From positions 1,409 to 65,408 of the forward strand of contig DASZKO010000085.1 of the NCBI GenBank assembly GCA_035605655.1: a stretch of DNA of 64,000 nucleotides. Reading direction: 5' to 3'. A program made the position numbers and the translations under genes. The notes below the pieces were generated by a model. That model was not told where the DNA came from, did not search any database, and saw only the letters and a list, made by a program, of their open reading frames with translations. This document shows, in pieces, positions 48,326 to 58,007 of this stretch (its first letter is position 1; each line of letters opens with the position of its first letter). The stretch is from Caulobacteraceae bacterium (GTDB lineage: Bacteria; Pseudomonadota; Alphaproteobacteria; Caulobacterales; Caulobacteraceae).

Positions 48326-49306
48326 GTGTTCGCCGCCAACAGTCCTGTCGGACTCGTCGCCGATATCGGCGGCACCAACGCCCGTTTCGCCCTGGCGGGG
48401 CGCGGCGACGACGGCGCGATCGCCACCGCCTTCCGGCAGGACATGGCCAACGCTGGCTACGCGAGTCTCGAGGCCAGCCTGGATGCCTATCTGGAGTCCC
48501 TGGGCGCCGCGCCGCACCCGACCATGGCGGCGTTCGGGGTGGCTTCGCCGATCACGGGCGATCAGGTGCGCCTGACCAATCGCGACTGGTCCTTCAGCAT
48601 CTCGGGTCTGAAGCGCCGCCAGGGCTGGACGAGATTCGAGGTGGTCAACGACTTTGTCGCCGTGGGCCACGCCCTGCCGGCCCTCGGCCCCAACCACTGG
48701 CGGCCGTTGGAGGGGCCGCCCTGGCCGCACACCCTGCCGACGGTGGTCTCCCTGGTCGGTCCGGGCACCGGTTTTGGGGTCGGCGCGGTGGTCCGTGGCC
48801 GGGCCGGGACCGACGTCATTCCCACCGAGGGCGGCCACGCCAGCTTCGCCCCGATAGACGCCTTGGAGCTGGAGATCCTCAGGCTGATGCTCGCCCGCTT
48901 CCCCCGCGTCTCCAATGAACGCCTCCTGTCCGGACCAGGGCTGGAGCACCTCTATGCGGCCCTGGGCGAAATCCGCGGTCGGCCGGGCTCGGCCCCGGCG
49001 GCGCCCGAGATCGTCGAGAATGGCCTGGCGGGGCGGGATTCCCTCGCGGTTGAGACCGTGCAGCGCTTCTGTCTCATCCTCGGCGGGGCCATGGGCGACG
49101 TCGCTCTCATTCAGGGAGCCGGAGCGGTGGCCATCGCCGGCGGCATCGCCCCGCGCCTCGTCGAGGTCCTCGACACCGCCTTGGTGCGCGCCCGCTTCGA
49201 GGCCAAGGGCCGCGCCCAAGCCGTGCTGCGCGCCATCCCCATCGCGCTCATCACCCATCCGGAGCCCGGCCTCCTGGGCGCGGCGCGGCTACTGTTCGCC
49301 AGCTAG
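48326..49306 (+). CDS. glk: Glucokinase
   Basis: VADIGGTNARFAL, LTN..W, VNDF, GPGTG.G, TEGGH, ERLLSGPGL, AGGI, RF.AKGR. Confidence 0.9.
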   Translation: MFAANSPVGLVADIGGTNARFALAGRGDDGAIATAFRQDMANAGYASLEASLDAYLESLGAAPHPTMAAFGVASPITGDQVRLTNRDWSFSISGLKRRQGWTRFEVVNDFVAVGHALPALGPNHWRPLEGPPWPHTLPTVVSLVGPGTGFGVGAVVRGRAGTDVIPTEGGHASFAPIDALELEILRLMLARFPRVSNERLLSGPGLEHLYAALGEIRGRPGSAPAAPEIVENGLAGRDSLAVETVQRFCLILGGAMGDVALIQGAGAVAIAGGIAPRLVEVLDTALVRARFEAKGRAQAVLRAIPIALITHPEPGLLGAARLLFAS

Positions 49307-50319
49307 AGGTCGCGCCAGCAGGGCGTGTCGGTTCCCGGCCAGGGCCGGGCCTCGTAGACGCCGCGCGCCACGGCGCGGGCCACGCAGTCGGCGGCCAGCG
49401 CCCCCAGGCGGGTGAGGTGGAATGGTCGTGGCTCGGCCAAAGAGCGGGCGCCGGCGGCGAGGACGAAGACCACGTCGCCATCGAAGGGGGCATGGACGGG
49501 ACGGATAGCCCTGGCAAGGCCATCGTGAGCCATCATCGCCACCCGTCGGGCCTCGGCGGGGCTCAGCGCCGCATCCAGCGCCACGACCGCCAAGGTGGTA
49601 TTGGCCCGCAACGCCCCATCGCTCTTGGCCAGCCCCCATTGATCCGGGTGGGCGCGCAGATCGCCGCCCAGCTGGTCGCCGAATTCGCCCCCGATCTCGA
49701 ACGGCGCCGCCCAGAAAGTCCGCCCCCCCGGAGCGACGACAGAGCCGTAGCTGTTCACCGCCGCCAGCGCCCCCACCGAGTAGCCATCGTCGGTGATGAT
49801 CGAGGCCGAGCCGACGCCGCCCTTCAGGGCGCCCGCCATCGCTCCCGCACCGGCTCCGACCGAACCTAGAGCAACGTCCTCGCTGGCCATGGAAATGGCG
49901 GCGAGCCCCAGGGCGCGATAGGGCGGTTCGAGGCCCCAGGTCTTGTCGCCGCCATTGGCGAGGTCATAGAGCACCGCGGCCGGAACGATGGGAGCCTTCG
50001 GAACGCCGGCCTTCGGAGACATGCCGAAGCCACGCCCTCGAGCGCCCAGCCAGGCGGTCACCGCGTCGGCCGCCGCCAGGCCATAGACCGAGCCGCCGGC
50101 GAGGACGATGGCGTCCACCGCCTCGACGAGGGTGTCCGCGGCCAGGGCGTCGGTCTCGCGCGTGCCCGGCCCGCCGCCGCGAACATCGACCGCCGCCACG
50201 GCCCGGTCCGGCGGCAGGATGACGCTGACCCCGCTGCGCGCCGCGGCGTCGTGGGCGTGGCCGACCTTGATGCCGGCGACGTCGGTGATCAGGTTGCGCG
50301 GTCCTGGCCTGGCGGTCAT
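49303..50319 (-). CDS. P1 family peptidase (DmpA/S58)
   Basis: ITDVAGI.VGH, DVRGGGPGTRETD, LAGGS.YGL, LKGG.GSA, ANTTL, HAPFDGD. Confidence 0.88.
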   Translation of the reverse strand: MTARPGPRNLITDVAGIKVGHAHDAAARSGVSVILPPDRAVAAVDVRGGGPGTRETDALAADTLVEAVDAIVLAGGSVYGLAAADAVTAWLGARGRGFGMSPKAGVPKAPIVPAAVLYDLANGGDKTWGLEPPYRALGLAAISMASEDVALGSVGAGAGAMAGALKGGVGSASIITDDGYSVGALAAVNSYGSVVAPGGRTFWAAPFEIGGEFGDQLGGDLRAHPDQWGLAKSDGALRANTTLAVVALDAALSPAEARRVAMMAHDGLARAIRPVHAPFDGDVVFVLAAGARSLAEPRPFHLTRLGALAADCVARAVARGVYEARPWPGTDTPCWRDL

Positions 50320-50401
50320 CGACGAGGGAGGTGGCATTGCTCGGCCGCGATTGTCCATGCCGTGAGTTTCGCGGCGCGCCAAAGACCTCTAAACCCCCCT
50401 C

Positions 50402-52078
50402 ATGCGCCTCGCCCTCGCCGCCTGCCTCGCCGCTATCTGGGCTCTCCCGGCGGCGGCCCAGCAGGCCATGGTCGCGGCCGCCAATCCCATCGCCGCCGAC
50501 GCCGGCCTCGAGATCCTGCGCGCCGGTGGCGACGCGGTCGACGCGGCGGTGGCCATTCAGGCGACCCTCGGCCTCGTCGAGCCGCAGAGCTCGGGCGTCG
50601 GCGGCGGGGCCTTCATGACCTATTACGACGCCCGCACCCGCAAGGTGACCGCCTATGACGGCCGCGAGACGGCGCCGGCCGGGGCGACCCCGGGCATGTT
50701 CCTGGGCGCGGACGGCAAGCCGATCACGTTTTCCCAGGCGGTGTTGTCGGGCCGCTCAGCCGGGGTCCCGGGGGCCATCGCCATGCTCGCCCTGGTTCAC
50801 AAGGAGCATGGCCGCCTGGCGTGGAAAGCTCTCTTCGCCGACGGCGAGCGGGAGGCCGCCAACGGCTTCGTGGTCAGCCCGCGCCTGGCCGACTACATCG
50901 CCGGAAGCTCGGCCCAGAGGAAAGCCCCGGACGTCGCGGCCTATTTCACCCGGACCGACGGCAAGCCCTACGTCGCCGGCGACATGCTGAAGAACCCGGC
51001 CTACGCCGCCACCTTGCGGCGCATCGCCGAGGACGGCCCCGCCGCTCTGCTTTCCGGCCCCATTGCTTCGGCGATCGTCACCCGCCTGGCGCAAGAGCCC
51101 CTGCCCGGAACCATGACCCTCGCTGACCTCGCCGCCTACCGGCCCCATGAGAGTCCGGCGCTGTGCGCGCCCTTTCGTCAGTGGACGGTCTGTGAGCCTG
51201 ATGCGCCGTCCGGCGGCGTCGTCACCCTCGAGGCCCTCGGCATCCTCGATCGCACCGACGTCGCCGCTCACGGGCCGGCCGACGCCCAGGGCTGGTTCCT
51301 CCTCGCCCAAGCCGAGAGGCTGGCTTACGCCGACGACTTGCAGTATGTCGCCGATCCGAAATTCGTCCGTGTGCCGACTAAAGGGCTGCTCGATCCGACC
51401 TACCTCGATGCCCGCGTCCGGCTGATCGGCGACCATGCCGGTCCGGCGCCGGAGCCTGGCCGGCCGGCGGGCGCCCCGGCCCTCGGGCCCGACGCCACCG
51501 TGGAGCCCGGCGGCACATCCTCCTTCACCGTCGTCGACCGATGGGGAAACGTGGTTTCCATGACCACCACCGTAGAGAGCGTGTTCGGCGACGGGCGCAT
51601 GGTCGGCGGTTTCATGCTCAACAATCAGCTCACCGACTTTTCCTTCGCCCCCCTCCAGAAGTCCGGCGCGCCGGTCGCCAACGCGGTGGGGCCAGGCAAG
51701 CGCCCACGCTCGTCCATGGCGCCGGCCATCGTCCTCGACCGCGAGGGCCGCTTCGTCGCCGCCGTCGGCTCGCCAGGGGGCCTGGCCATCCCCTCCTATG
51801 TGCTCAAGACGCTCGTCGGCGTGTTCGCCTGGAACCTCTCGGTTCAGGAGGCCATCAACCTGCCCAACCTCGTCGCCCTGGGCGATTTCTATGCTTCCGA
51901 GCCGGCCAAGCTTCCGCCGGGCGTCGCCGCCGGGCTGGCCGCGAAGGGGATCACGGTGCGCGGCGGATTCGCCGCCGAGGGCTCTGGTTTGCACGGTATC
52001 ATCGTCCGGAACGGCCGCCTGCAAGGCGGCGCCGACCCGCGCCGCGAGGGCGTCGCCAAGGCCTGCTGCTCGCCCTAG
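50402..52078 (+). CDS. ggt: Gamma-glutamyltransferase family protein (secreted)
   Basis: G.AVDAA, VEPQSSG.GGG, DGRE.AP, GVPG, GT autocleavage site (PGGTSSF), LNNQLTDF, PGKRPRSSM, GSPGG, ADPRREG. Confidence 0.92.
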   Translation: MRLALAACLAAIWALPAAAQQAMVAAANPIAADAGLEILRAGGDAVDAAVAIQATLGLVEPQSSGVGGGAFMTYYDARTRKVTAYDGRETAPAGATPGMFLGADGKPITFSQAVLSGRSAGVPGAIAMLALVHKEHGRLAWKALFADGEREAANGFVVSPRLADYIAGSSAQRKAPDVAAYFTRTDGKPYVAGDMLKNPAYAATLRRIAEDGPAALLSGPIASAIVTRLAQEPLPGTMTLADLAAYRPHESPALCAPFRQWTVCEPDAPSGGVVTLEALGILDRTDVAAHGPADAQGWFLLAQAERLAYADDLQYVADPKFVRVPTKGLLDPTYLDARVRLIGDHAGPAPEPGRPAGAPALGPDATVEPGGTSSFTVVDRWGNVVSMTTTVESVFGDGRMVGGFMLNNQLTDFSFAPLQKSGAPVANAVGPGKRPRSSMAPAIVLDREGRFVAAVGSPGGLAIPSYVLKTLVGVFAWNLSVQEAINLPNLVALGDFYASEPAKLPPGVAAGLAAKGITVRGGFAAEGSGLHGIIVRNGRLQGGADPRREGVAKACCSP

Positions 52079-53508
52079 TTGGTCTTGGGCAGTTTCAGCT
52101 CGAAGGTCGTGCCTGCCGCGCCGGTCTCGACGAGGCTGACGTCGCCGCCGTGGCCCTGGGCCAGTTCGCGGGCGATGGCCAGCCCCAGGCCCGTGCCGCC
52201 CTTGCGGGCCGCCCCGGCGAAGGGCTGGAAGATATGGGCCCGGGCGCGCTCGGGAAGGCCCGGGCCATCGTCGGCCAGGCGCAGGATGTCCATGCCGTCC
52301 TCGACCGTCAGGCCGGCGTTGACATTGCCGACCCCGCCCCGGGTCTCCACCTGGTCGATCGCCTGGCGGGCGTTGCTGAGCAGGTTGACGAGGATCCGGT
52401 GCAGCTGCTCCGGATCGGCGTCGACCTTGGCCTTGGCGTCGAAACCGATGGAAAGCGCCACGCCGCCGGCCGCCAGGCCGGCGTCCTCGGCCGCGGCCTC
52501 GAGGGCCCCACGCAGCGGAATCGGACGCTTCTGGGGCGGCGGTTCGTCGCTCTTGCCGAAAGCGAGGACATTGGAGGCCAGGGCGACGGCCCTCCCGAGC
52601 GCCCGCTCGAGCCGGGGCAAGGCGCGGGCCACGTTGGGATCGCCTGAGGTCGCCATCCGCTCCGAGGCCAGCTGGGCGCTGGACAGCATGTTGCGCAGGT
52701 CGTGGTTGATCTTGGCCACCGCCTCGCCCAGCGCCGCCAGCCGGGCGCGCGAACTCAAGGCGGCGCGCAGGTCGGTCTGCATCCGGTCCAGTTCGCGCTC
52801 GGCGCGGCCGATCTCGTCTCGCCGGCCGGAAGGGCGAACTCGGGCCTGGGGATCGTCGGGGGCGGCGCGGAAATGCTCCATAGCCCGGGTGATGCGCTGG
52901 ATCGGCCGCACGAACAGCAGGGTGAGCGAAAGATAGACCACCGCCCCGGCCATGACCGATGTGAACACCGCAATGCCGAGCAGCTGGGCGAGCTGGGCGC
53001 CGAGCTCCTTCTTCAGGGGCGCGTCGGGGGCGACGATCTCGATGAACTCGCCGGGCAGGAAACGCGGCTTGGCCATTACCCGGACCATCCGTCCAGGCGC
53101 GTTGGTGAGGGTCTCGAAAGGCGCAAACCAGGAGAGCGGGTCGCCGCGGCGCAGGTCGACGAGATAGGGCGCGCGCTGCACGCGGGGCATCTGGAGGATC
53201 AGATGGCGTTCGTTGTTCACGCCCATGGACACCTGGACCACCTCGGCGCTGGCCAGCAGTTTTTGCGAAACGGGGGCGGTGACCACCCCGTTGGGGGCCG
53301 ACTGGGTGACCAGGATCGCCACCTCGGCGGTGTGCACGCGGTCGAGCAGCCGCTGCTCCTCGAAGGCGGCGAGGTTGGGCGGCAGGATCAAGAGATTGGC
53401 CAGCACCACGATCAACACCGTGAGCAGCAACAGCCTCGACGACAGGCCGCCTGGCCAGGGGAGCAGTCTCCGCGGCGCGGGCTCGGGGGGAGGGGCGGCG
53501 TCCGCCAT
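52075..53508 (-). CDS. cenK: Membrane sensor histidine kinase, probable CenK ortholog
   Basis: Two TM helices, HAMP, H-box KINHDLRNML, NLLSNA, DDGPG, FQPF, GTGLGL. Position between pyrD and ggt matches my recollection of Caulobacter cenK. Confidence 0.7.
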   Translation of the reverse strand: MADAAPPPEPAPRRLLPWPGGLSSRLLLLTVLIVVLANLLILPPNLAAFEEQRLLDRVHTAEVAILVTQSAPNGVVTAPVSQKLLASAEVVQVSMGVNNERHLILQMPRVQRAPYLVDLRRGDPLSWFAPFETLTNAPGRMVRVMAKPRFLPGEFIEIVAPDAPLKKELGAQLAQLLGIAVFTSVMAGAVVYLSLTLLFVRPIQRITRAMEHFRAAPDDPQARVRPSGRRDEIGRAERELDRMQTDLRAALSSRARLAALGEAVAKINHDLRNMLSSAQLASERMATSGDPNVARALPRLERALGRAVALASNVLAFGKSDEPPPQKRPIPLRGALEAAAEDAGLAAGGVALSIGFDAKAKVDADPEQLHRILVNLLSNARQAIDQVETRGGVGNVNAGLTVEDGMDILRLADDGPGLPERARAHIFQPFAGAARKGGTGLGLAIARELAQGHGGDVSLVETGAAGTTFELKLPKTN

Positions 53509-53554
53509 GGCTGAATGGGTTACTTCAGCGTGCCCGCGCGGGCAATGAAACCGA

Positions 53555-54256
53555 TCACCGGCCGCTCCGGCGGGCGATCCGCCAAGCCAAGCCAGCAAGC
53601 GATAGGACCGAGAGGGCGATCAGAGGGGCCAAGACGTCGGGACGTTCCATCAGATGGCGGTCGAGATGGCCCCCCCGGTCCAGTCCGTGGCCGACGCCGG
53701 CGCCGAGACCCGCGAAGATGAAGCAGGCCGGCGCGCTGCCGAGGGCGGTGGCGGCGATCACGGCTCGGAGGCGAACGCCAGCGAGACCCGCGGCGACATT
53801 GGTGACGGACATCGGCACGATCGGAATGAGTTTGAGACTGACCAGGTAGGAAACGGCGTTGGCCCTCAGCGCCGTTTCGATGGCCTTCATCCGGGGGCCG
53901 CTGTCCCTTGCGACCCAGTCGGCGAAGGCGCTGCGGCAGGCGGCGGCCACCAGGGCCGAGCCAGCCACGCAGGCGATGAGATCGAGGGCCCCGCCGACAT
54001 ATGGTCCGAACAGATAGCCGCCGACGGTCATCATGACGCCCGGTCCCGGGATGCAGGAGGCGACCACCGCAACGAACAGGAGGACGAAACCGGCGGCGCT
54101 GGCCGCCGGGCGGGCGATGACCAGATGGCGCAGCTGGGCGTGATGGGCCTGAAGAGCTTCAAAGGAGAACCACCGCCAGACGCCGCTCGCCATCGCCGCC
54201 ACGAGCAAGCCGAGGACGATCGCCAACAGGCCGAAGCGGCGAAGGGACTGGCTCAT
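53555..54256 (-). CDS. TVP38/TMEM64 (VTT/DedA-like) membrane protein
   Basis: IPG...T.GG.LFG, LKLIP.VP....N.AAG, TALG.AP. Confidence 0.85.
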   Translation of the reverse strand: MSQSLRRFGLLAIVLGLLVAAMASGVWRWFSFEALQAHHAQLRHLVIARPAASAAGFVLLFVAVVASCIPGPGVMMTVGGYLFGPYVGGALDLIACVAGSALVAAACRSAFADWVARDSGPRMKAIETALRANAVSYLVSLKLIPIVPMSVTNVAAGLAGVRLRAVIAATALGSAPACFIFAGLGAGVGHGLDRGGHLDRHLMERPDVLAPLIALSVLSLAGLAWRIARRSGR

Positions 54257-55287
54257 CTCGCCCCGACCGCCTCGGCGAGGCTGGAAAAGCCGTCGGCGCG
54301 CAGGCAGGCGGCCAGCTCCTCGGCGATCGTGCCCACGAGTTTAGGGCCGTGAAACACGAGGGCCGAATAAAGCTGCACCGCGCTGGCCCCCGCGCGGATC
54401 TTCCCATAAGCGTCGGCCCCCGAGCCGATCCCGCCGGTCCCGATCAGCACGAGGCGCCCCGCCGCCGCCTGGTGGAAATCGCCGAGCAGACGGGTCGAGG
54501 GCCCGAACAGCGGCGCCCCCGACAGGCCGCCCGCCTCGCCAGCGCGCACGTCGGTGAGGCCTGCCGGTCGATCTATCGTGGTGTTGGAGACGATGAGGCC
54601 GGCCAGCGCGAACCTGACTGCCGTTTCGGTGATGGCGGTGACGTCCGCCGCGGAGAGATCGGGGGCGACCTTGAGGAACACGGGCGCCGAGGGTCGCGAC
54701 TCGCTCACCGCCCCCAGCAGGTCCTCCAGCGCCGCCTTCCCCTGCAGCTCACGCAGGCCGGGCGTATTGGGCGAGGAGATGTTGATGGTGAAGTAGTCCG
54801 CAAGTCCCGCCAGGCGCCTCACCCCGGCGACATAGTCGGCGATGCGATCGGCGGCGTCCTTGTTGGCCCCGATATTGGCGCCGACCACCCCAGTGCGCGG
54901 CCGCCTCGCGAGGGCGGCCGCGAAAGCCTCCTGGCCAGCGTTGTTGAAGCCCAGGCGGTTGATCACCGCCCGGTCGGCCGCGAGGCGGAAGAGCCTCGGC
55001 CTCGGATTCCCCGCCTGGGACTTCGGCGTCGCCGTGCCGCATTCGACGAAGCCGAAACCCGCGGCCAGCATGGGCCCCGGGACCTCGGCGTTCTTGTCGA
55101 AGCCGGCCGCCAGGCCGATGGGATTGGCCAAGAGAAGCCCGGCAAGGTTCGTCGCCAGGATCGGGTCGGGCGGTCGTATCTCGCGAGGCCCCAGACCCGC
55201 CTTCAAGGCGGCGATGGTCAGGCGATGGGCGTCCTCGGGATTCAGGCGGCGCAGGAGCGCGGCGGCGAAGTTGTGGAAGGCGCTCAC
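54253..55287 (-). CDS. pyrD: Quinone-dependent dihydroorotate dehydrogenase
   Basis: NPIGLAAGFDK, Q.GNPRPRLFRL, INRLGFNN, NISSPNTPGLR, KVAPDL, SNTT, GGLSG. Confidence 0.95.
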   Translation of the reverse strand: MSAFHNFAAALLRRLNPEDAHRLTIAALKAGLGPREIRPPDPILATNLAGLLLANPIGLAAGFDKNAEVPGPMLAAGFGFVECGTATPKSQAGNPRPRLFRLAADRAVINRLGFNNAGQEAFAAALARRPRTGVVGANIGANKDAADRIADYVAGVRRLAGLADYFTINISSPNTPGLRELQGKAALEDLLGAVSESRPSAPVFLKVAPDLSAADVTAITETAVRFALAGLIVSNTTIDRPAGLTDVRAGEAGGLSGAPLFGPSTRLLGDFHQAAAGRLVLIGTGGIGSGADAYGKIRAGASAVQLYSALVFHGPKLVGTIAEELAACLRADGFSSLAEAVGAR

Positions 55288-55619
55288 AGGCCGACGTCCG
55301 GCACGTCATCGTCATCGAGAGGCGCCTCGCGGATGCCGAGCACCCGCCGGCAGTCGAGTGAACCATAGAGGTGAGGGAAGAGTTCACCGCCGCGCGAAGG
55401 CTCCCATCTGAGGGCCGCGCCCAGATCGTCACCCTCCACCTCGAGGACCACCAGGCCGCTCTGGCCGCGAAAATGTCGGCGGGCCGTGTCGCCCGCCTGA
55501 TGCCCGGTGGAGAAATGGATGAACCCGTCGGCCTGGTCGACGGCCGAGCCGCCATAGACCCCGGCGGCCTGGGCGTCCTGCCATTGGGCCCGGGTCAGGA
55601 TCTTGAAGATACGACTCAC
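55284..55619 (-). CDS. DUF952 family protein
   Basis: IFKIL, GSAVD.ADGFIHFST, LRWEPSRGG.LFPHLYG. GTG start. Confidence 0.9.
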   Translation of the reverse strand: MSRIFKILTRAQWQDAQAAGVYGGSAVDQADGFIHFSTGHQAGDTARRHFRGQSGLVVLEVEGDDLGAALRWEPSRGGELFPHLYGSLDCRRVLGIREAPLDDDDVPDVGL

Positions 55620-56128
55620 CCGGTGTCGGCGCCGCGCCAGGCGCCGGCGAGAAACAGGGCCTCGAGGCCGAAGCGTCCGGCCGAATCGATTTCGAACACC
55701 GCCGCCGCGGCGGTGGGGAACCCCGCGGACAGTTTTTCGATGTCCGTCGCCGAGCCGCTGCTCTCGATCAGGAGATTGACGGCCAGCTCCTGCAGGCTGG
55801 GATTGTGGCCGACCACCATCACCGTCTGGGCCCGCGCCGTTTCCTCGTCGAGCTCGGCGAAGACCTCCTCGGGCGTCGCCTCGTAGAGCCCTGGGCGGAA
55901 TTCGCACCGCGCCCCCGGAAACGCCGGGCTGGCCAGCTCCCAGGTCTCGCGCGCCCGCGCCGCCGGCGAGACGATCGCGAGCTCCGGGGCGAAGCCGGCG
56001 GCGGCGATCACCCCGCCCATCAGCACCGAATCGGCCCGGCCACGCTCGACCAGCATCCGGTCGAAATCCTCAACCCCCGCCGGCCGCGCCTCGGTTTTGG
56101 CGTGACGGAACAGAATCAGTCGGCGCAT
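55616..56128 (-). CDS. sixA: Phosphohistidine phosphatase SixA family
   Basis: LILFRHAK, DR.L..RG, SPA.RA.ET, LYEA, VVGHNP, FPTA. Confidence 0.85.
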   Translation of the reverse strand: MRRLILFRHAKTEARPAGVEDFDRMLVERGRADSVLMGGVIAAAGFAPELAIVSPAARARETWELASPAFPGARCEFRPGLYEATPEEVFAELDEETARAQTVMVVGHNPSLQELAVNLLIESSGSATDIEKLSAGFPTAAAAVFEIDSAGRFGLEALFLAGAWRGADTG

Positions 56129-56209
56129 CCGGTCACCCTCTCGCGCCATGCTCTAGCCGAAGCGCGATTTTCCCTCTAGGGGACGGGCCTCACCGCGCAA
56201 GCCCCATTC

Positions 56210-57412
56210 ATGACCCTCAGCCTCGACGACATCCAGGCCGCCGCCGCGCGGATCGCCGGCGATGTGGAGCGCACGCCCTGCCGGCTGTCGCGCACCCTCT
56301 CGCAGATCACCGGCGCCGAGGTATGGGTGAAATTCGAGAACCTGCAGTTCACCGCCGCCTACAAGGAACGCGGGGCCCTGAACCGGCTCTCGCTGCTGAC
56401 CGAAGAGGAGCGGCGGCGCGGGGTGATCGCCGCCTCGGCCGGCAACCATGCCCAGGGCCTGGCCTATCATGGCGAGCGCCTGGGTATCCCAGTGACCATC
56501 GTCATGCCCCGCGGCACGCCCCACGTGAAGGTTCAACAGACCCGCGAGTTCGGCGCCACTGTGGTGATCGATGGCGATGGCTATGACGCCGCCTATGAGC
56601 GGGCCCGCGAACTCGAGCTCGAGCGGGGCCTTGTCTTCATCCATCCCTTCGACGATCTCGCCGTCATGGCCGGCCAGGGCACCGTCGCCCTCGAGATGCT
56701 CGAAGACGCGCCCGATCTCGAGATCCTGCCCATTCCGATCGGCGGCGGCGGATTGATCAGTGGCATGGCCACGGCCGCCAAGGCGATCAAGCCGGACATC
56801 ACCATCATCGGCGTCGAGCCGGCCATGTATCCCTCCTTCACGGGCAAGATGCGCGGCCTGCGGGCCCCTTGCCGTGGCCAGACCATCGCCGAGGGAATCG
56901 CGGTCAAGCAGGTCGGCGAGCACACCTACAAGGTCGCCAGACCGCTGATCGACGACGTCCTGCTGCTCGAGGAGCCCTTCTTCGAGCGCGCCGTGGCCCT
57001 CTACTGCAACATCGAAAAGACCGTGGCCGAGGGCGCTGGGGCGGCGGGCCTCGCCGCCCTCCTGGCTTACCCCGAACGCTTTCGGGGCAGGAAGTGCGGC
57101 CTGGTGATCACCGGCGGCAACATCGATCCGCGTCTGCTCGCTGCGGTCCTGACCCGCGAATTGGTCCGCGCCCAGCGCCTGGTCTCCTTGCGCATCATCG
57201 GCGACGACCGGCCGGGACTGCTGGCGACCGTCTCGGCGACGATCGGCGAGTTGGGCGGCAACATCCTCGAGGTGGCCCACAATCGTCTCGCCCTGGATGT
57301 CCCCGCCAAGGGCGCGGAGTTCGACCTCATGGTCGAGACCCGCGACGCCCAGCACACCCAGGAGATCATGGACGCTCTGCGCGAACGCGGTTACCCGCCG
57401 AGGGTGGTGTGA
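56210..57412 (+). CDS. ilvA: Threonine ammonia-lyase with C-terminal ACT domain
   Basis: KFENLQ.T..YKERGA (PLP Lys), ASAGNHAQG, HPFDD, GQGT, PIGGGGL, AEGAGA, GGNID, DRPG.L. Confidence 0.9.
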   Translation: MTLSLDDIQAAAARIAGDVERTPCRLSRTLSQITGAEVWVKFENLQFTAAYKERGALNRLSLLTEEERRRGVIAASAGNHAQGLAYHGERLGIPVTIVMPRGTPHVKVQQTREFGATVVIDGDGYDAAYERARELELERGLVFIHPFDDLAVMAGQGTVALEMLEDAPDLEILPIPIGGGGLISGMATAAKAIKPDITIIGVEPAMYPSFTGKMRGLRAPCRGQTIAEGIAVKQVGEHTYKVARPLIDDVLLLEEPFFERAVALYCNIEKTVAEGAGAAGLAALLAYPERFRGRKCGLVITGGNIDPRLLAAVLTRELVRAQRLVSLRIIGDDRPGLLATVSATIGELGGNILEVAHNRLALDVPAKGAEFDLMVETRDAQHTQEIMDALRERGYPPRVV

Positions 57413-57894
57413 GACTCGTCCTCGCCCTGGCCGGCGCCCTGATCCTGAGCGCTTGCGCCAAGCCGGCCACGAGCCCGGATGGCGCCGCCGTGGGCAAGAC
57501 TTTCCTGGCCCAGAACGCCCATGTGCCAGGCGTCGTGACCACCGGTTCCGGCCTTCAGTATCGCGTCGTCCATTCGGGGCCGGCGACCGGTCTGCGGCCC
57601 AAGCTCGCCGACGAGGTCAAGGTCAACTACGAAGGCAAGCTGATCGACGGCGAGGTGTTCGACTCCTCGTATCGGCGTGGCGCCCCGGTGGTGATGACCG
57701 TGCGCGATCTTGTCCCCGGCTGGCGCGAGGCTCTGCAACTCATGCGGCCGGGCGACGAGTGGCTCCTCTACGTCCCCGCCAAGCTCGCCTACGGCGACAA
57801 GGGCGCCGGCCCGATTCCGCCCGGCGCCGTCCTTGTCTTCAAGCTCGACCTTGTCGACGTCCTCCCGGACGCCAGCTCCGTGGGTCGGGCCTAG
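57409..57894 (+). CDS. FKBP-type peptidyl-prolyl isomerase, lipoprotein
   Basis: Lipobox LSAC; SGLQY, V.YEG.L.DG.VFDSS, V.GW.EALQLM, LAYG, IPP..LVF. GTG overlaps the ilvA stop. Confidence 0.9.
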   Translation: MRLVLALAGALILSACAKPATSPDGAAVGKTFLAQNAHVPGVVTTGSGLQYRVVHSGPATGLRPKLADEVKVNYEGKLIDGEVFDSSYRRGAPVVMTVRDLVPGWREALQLMRPGDEWLLYVPAKLAYGDKGAGPIPPGAVLVFKLDLVDVLPDASSVGRA

Positions 57895-58007
57895 CGGGTT
57901 GAGGAAAAGTGCGAAGTGGTTTTCCGCCCGCAATCCGCTCTAACTATAAGGAATCGATCACGTTCTATGACTTTGGATTGATTCAATCCAAAGTCATCGT
58001 GATCTAG
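57891..58007. repeat. CIR/RIME-type alphaproteobacterial palindromic intergenic repeat (117 bp)
   Basis: AT-rich, CTAG at both ends. Perfect 15-bp arms ATGACTTTGGATTGA/TCAATCCAAAGTCAT centred on GATTC; second GAATC at 57951; second imperfect hairpin AGCGG...GGAAAA...TTTTCC...CCGCT. Confidence 0.85.
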
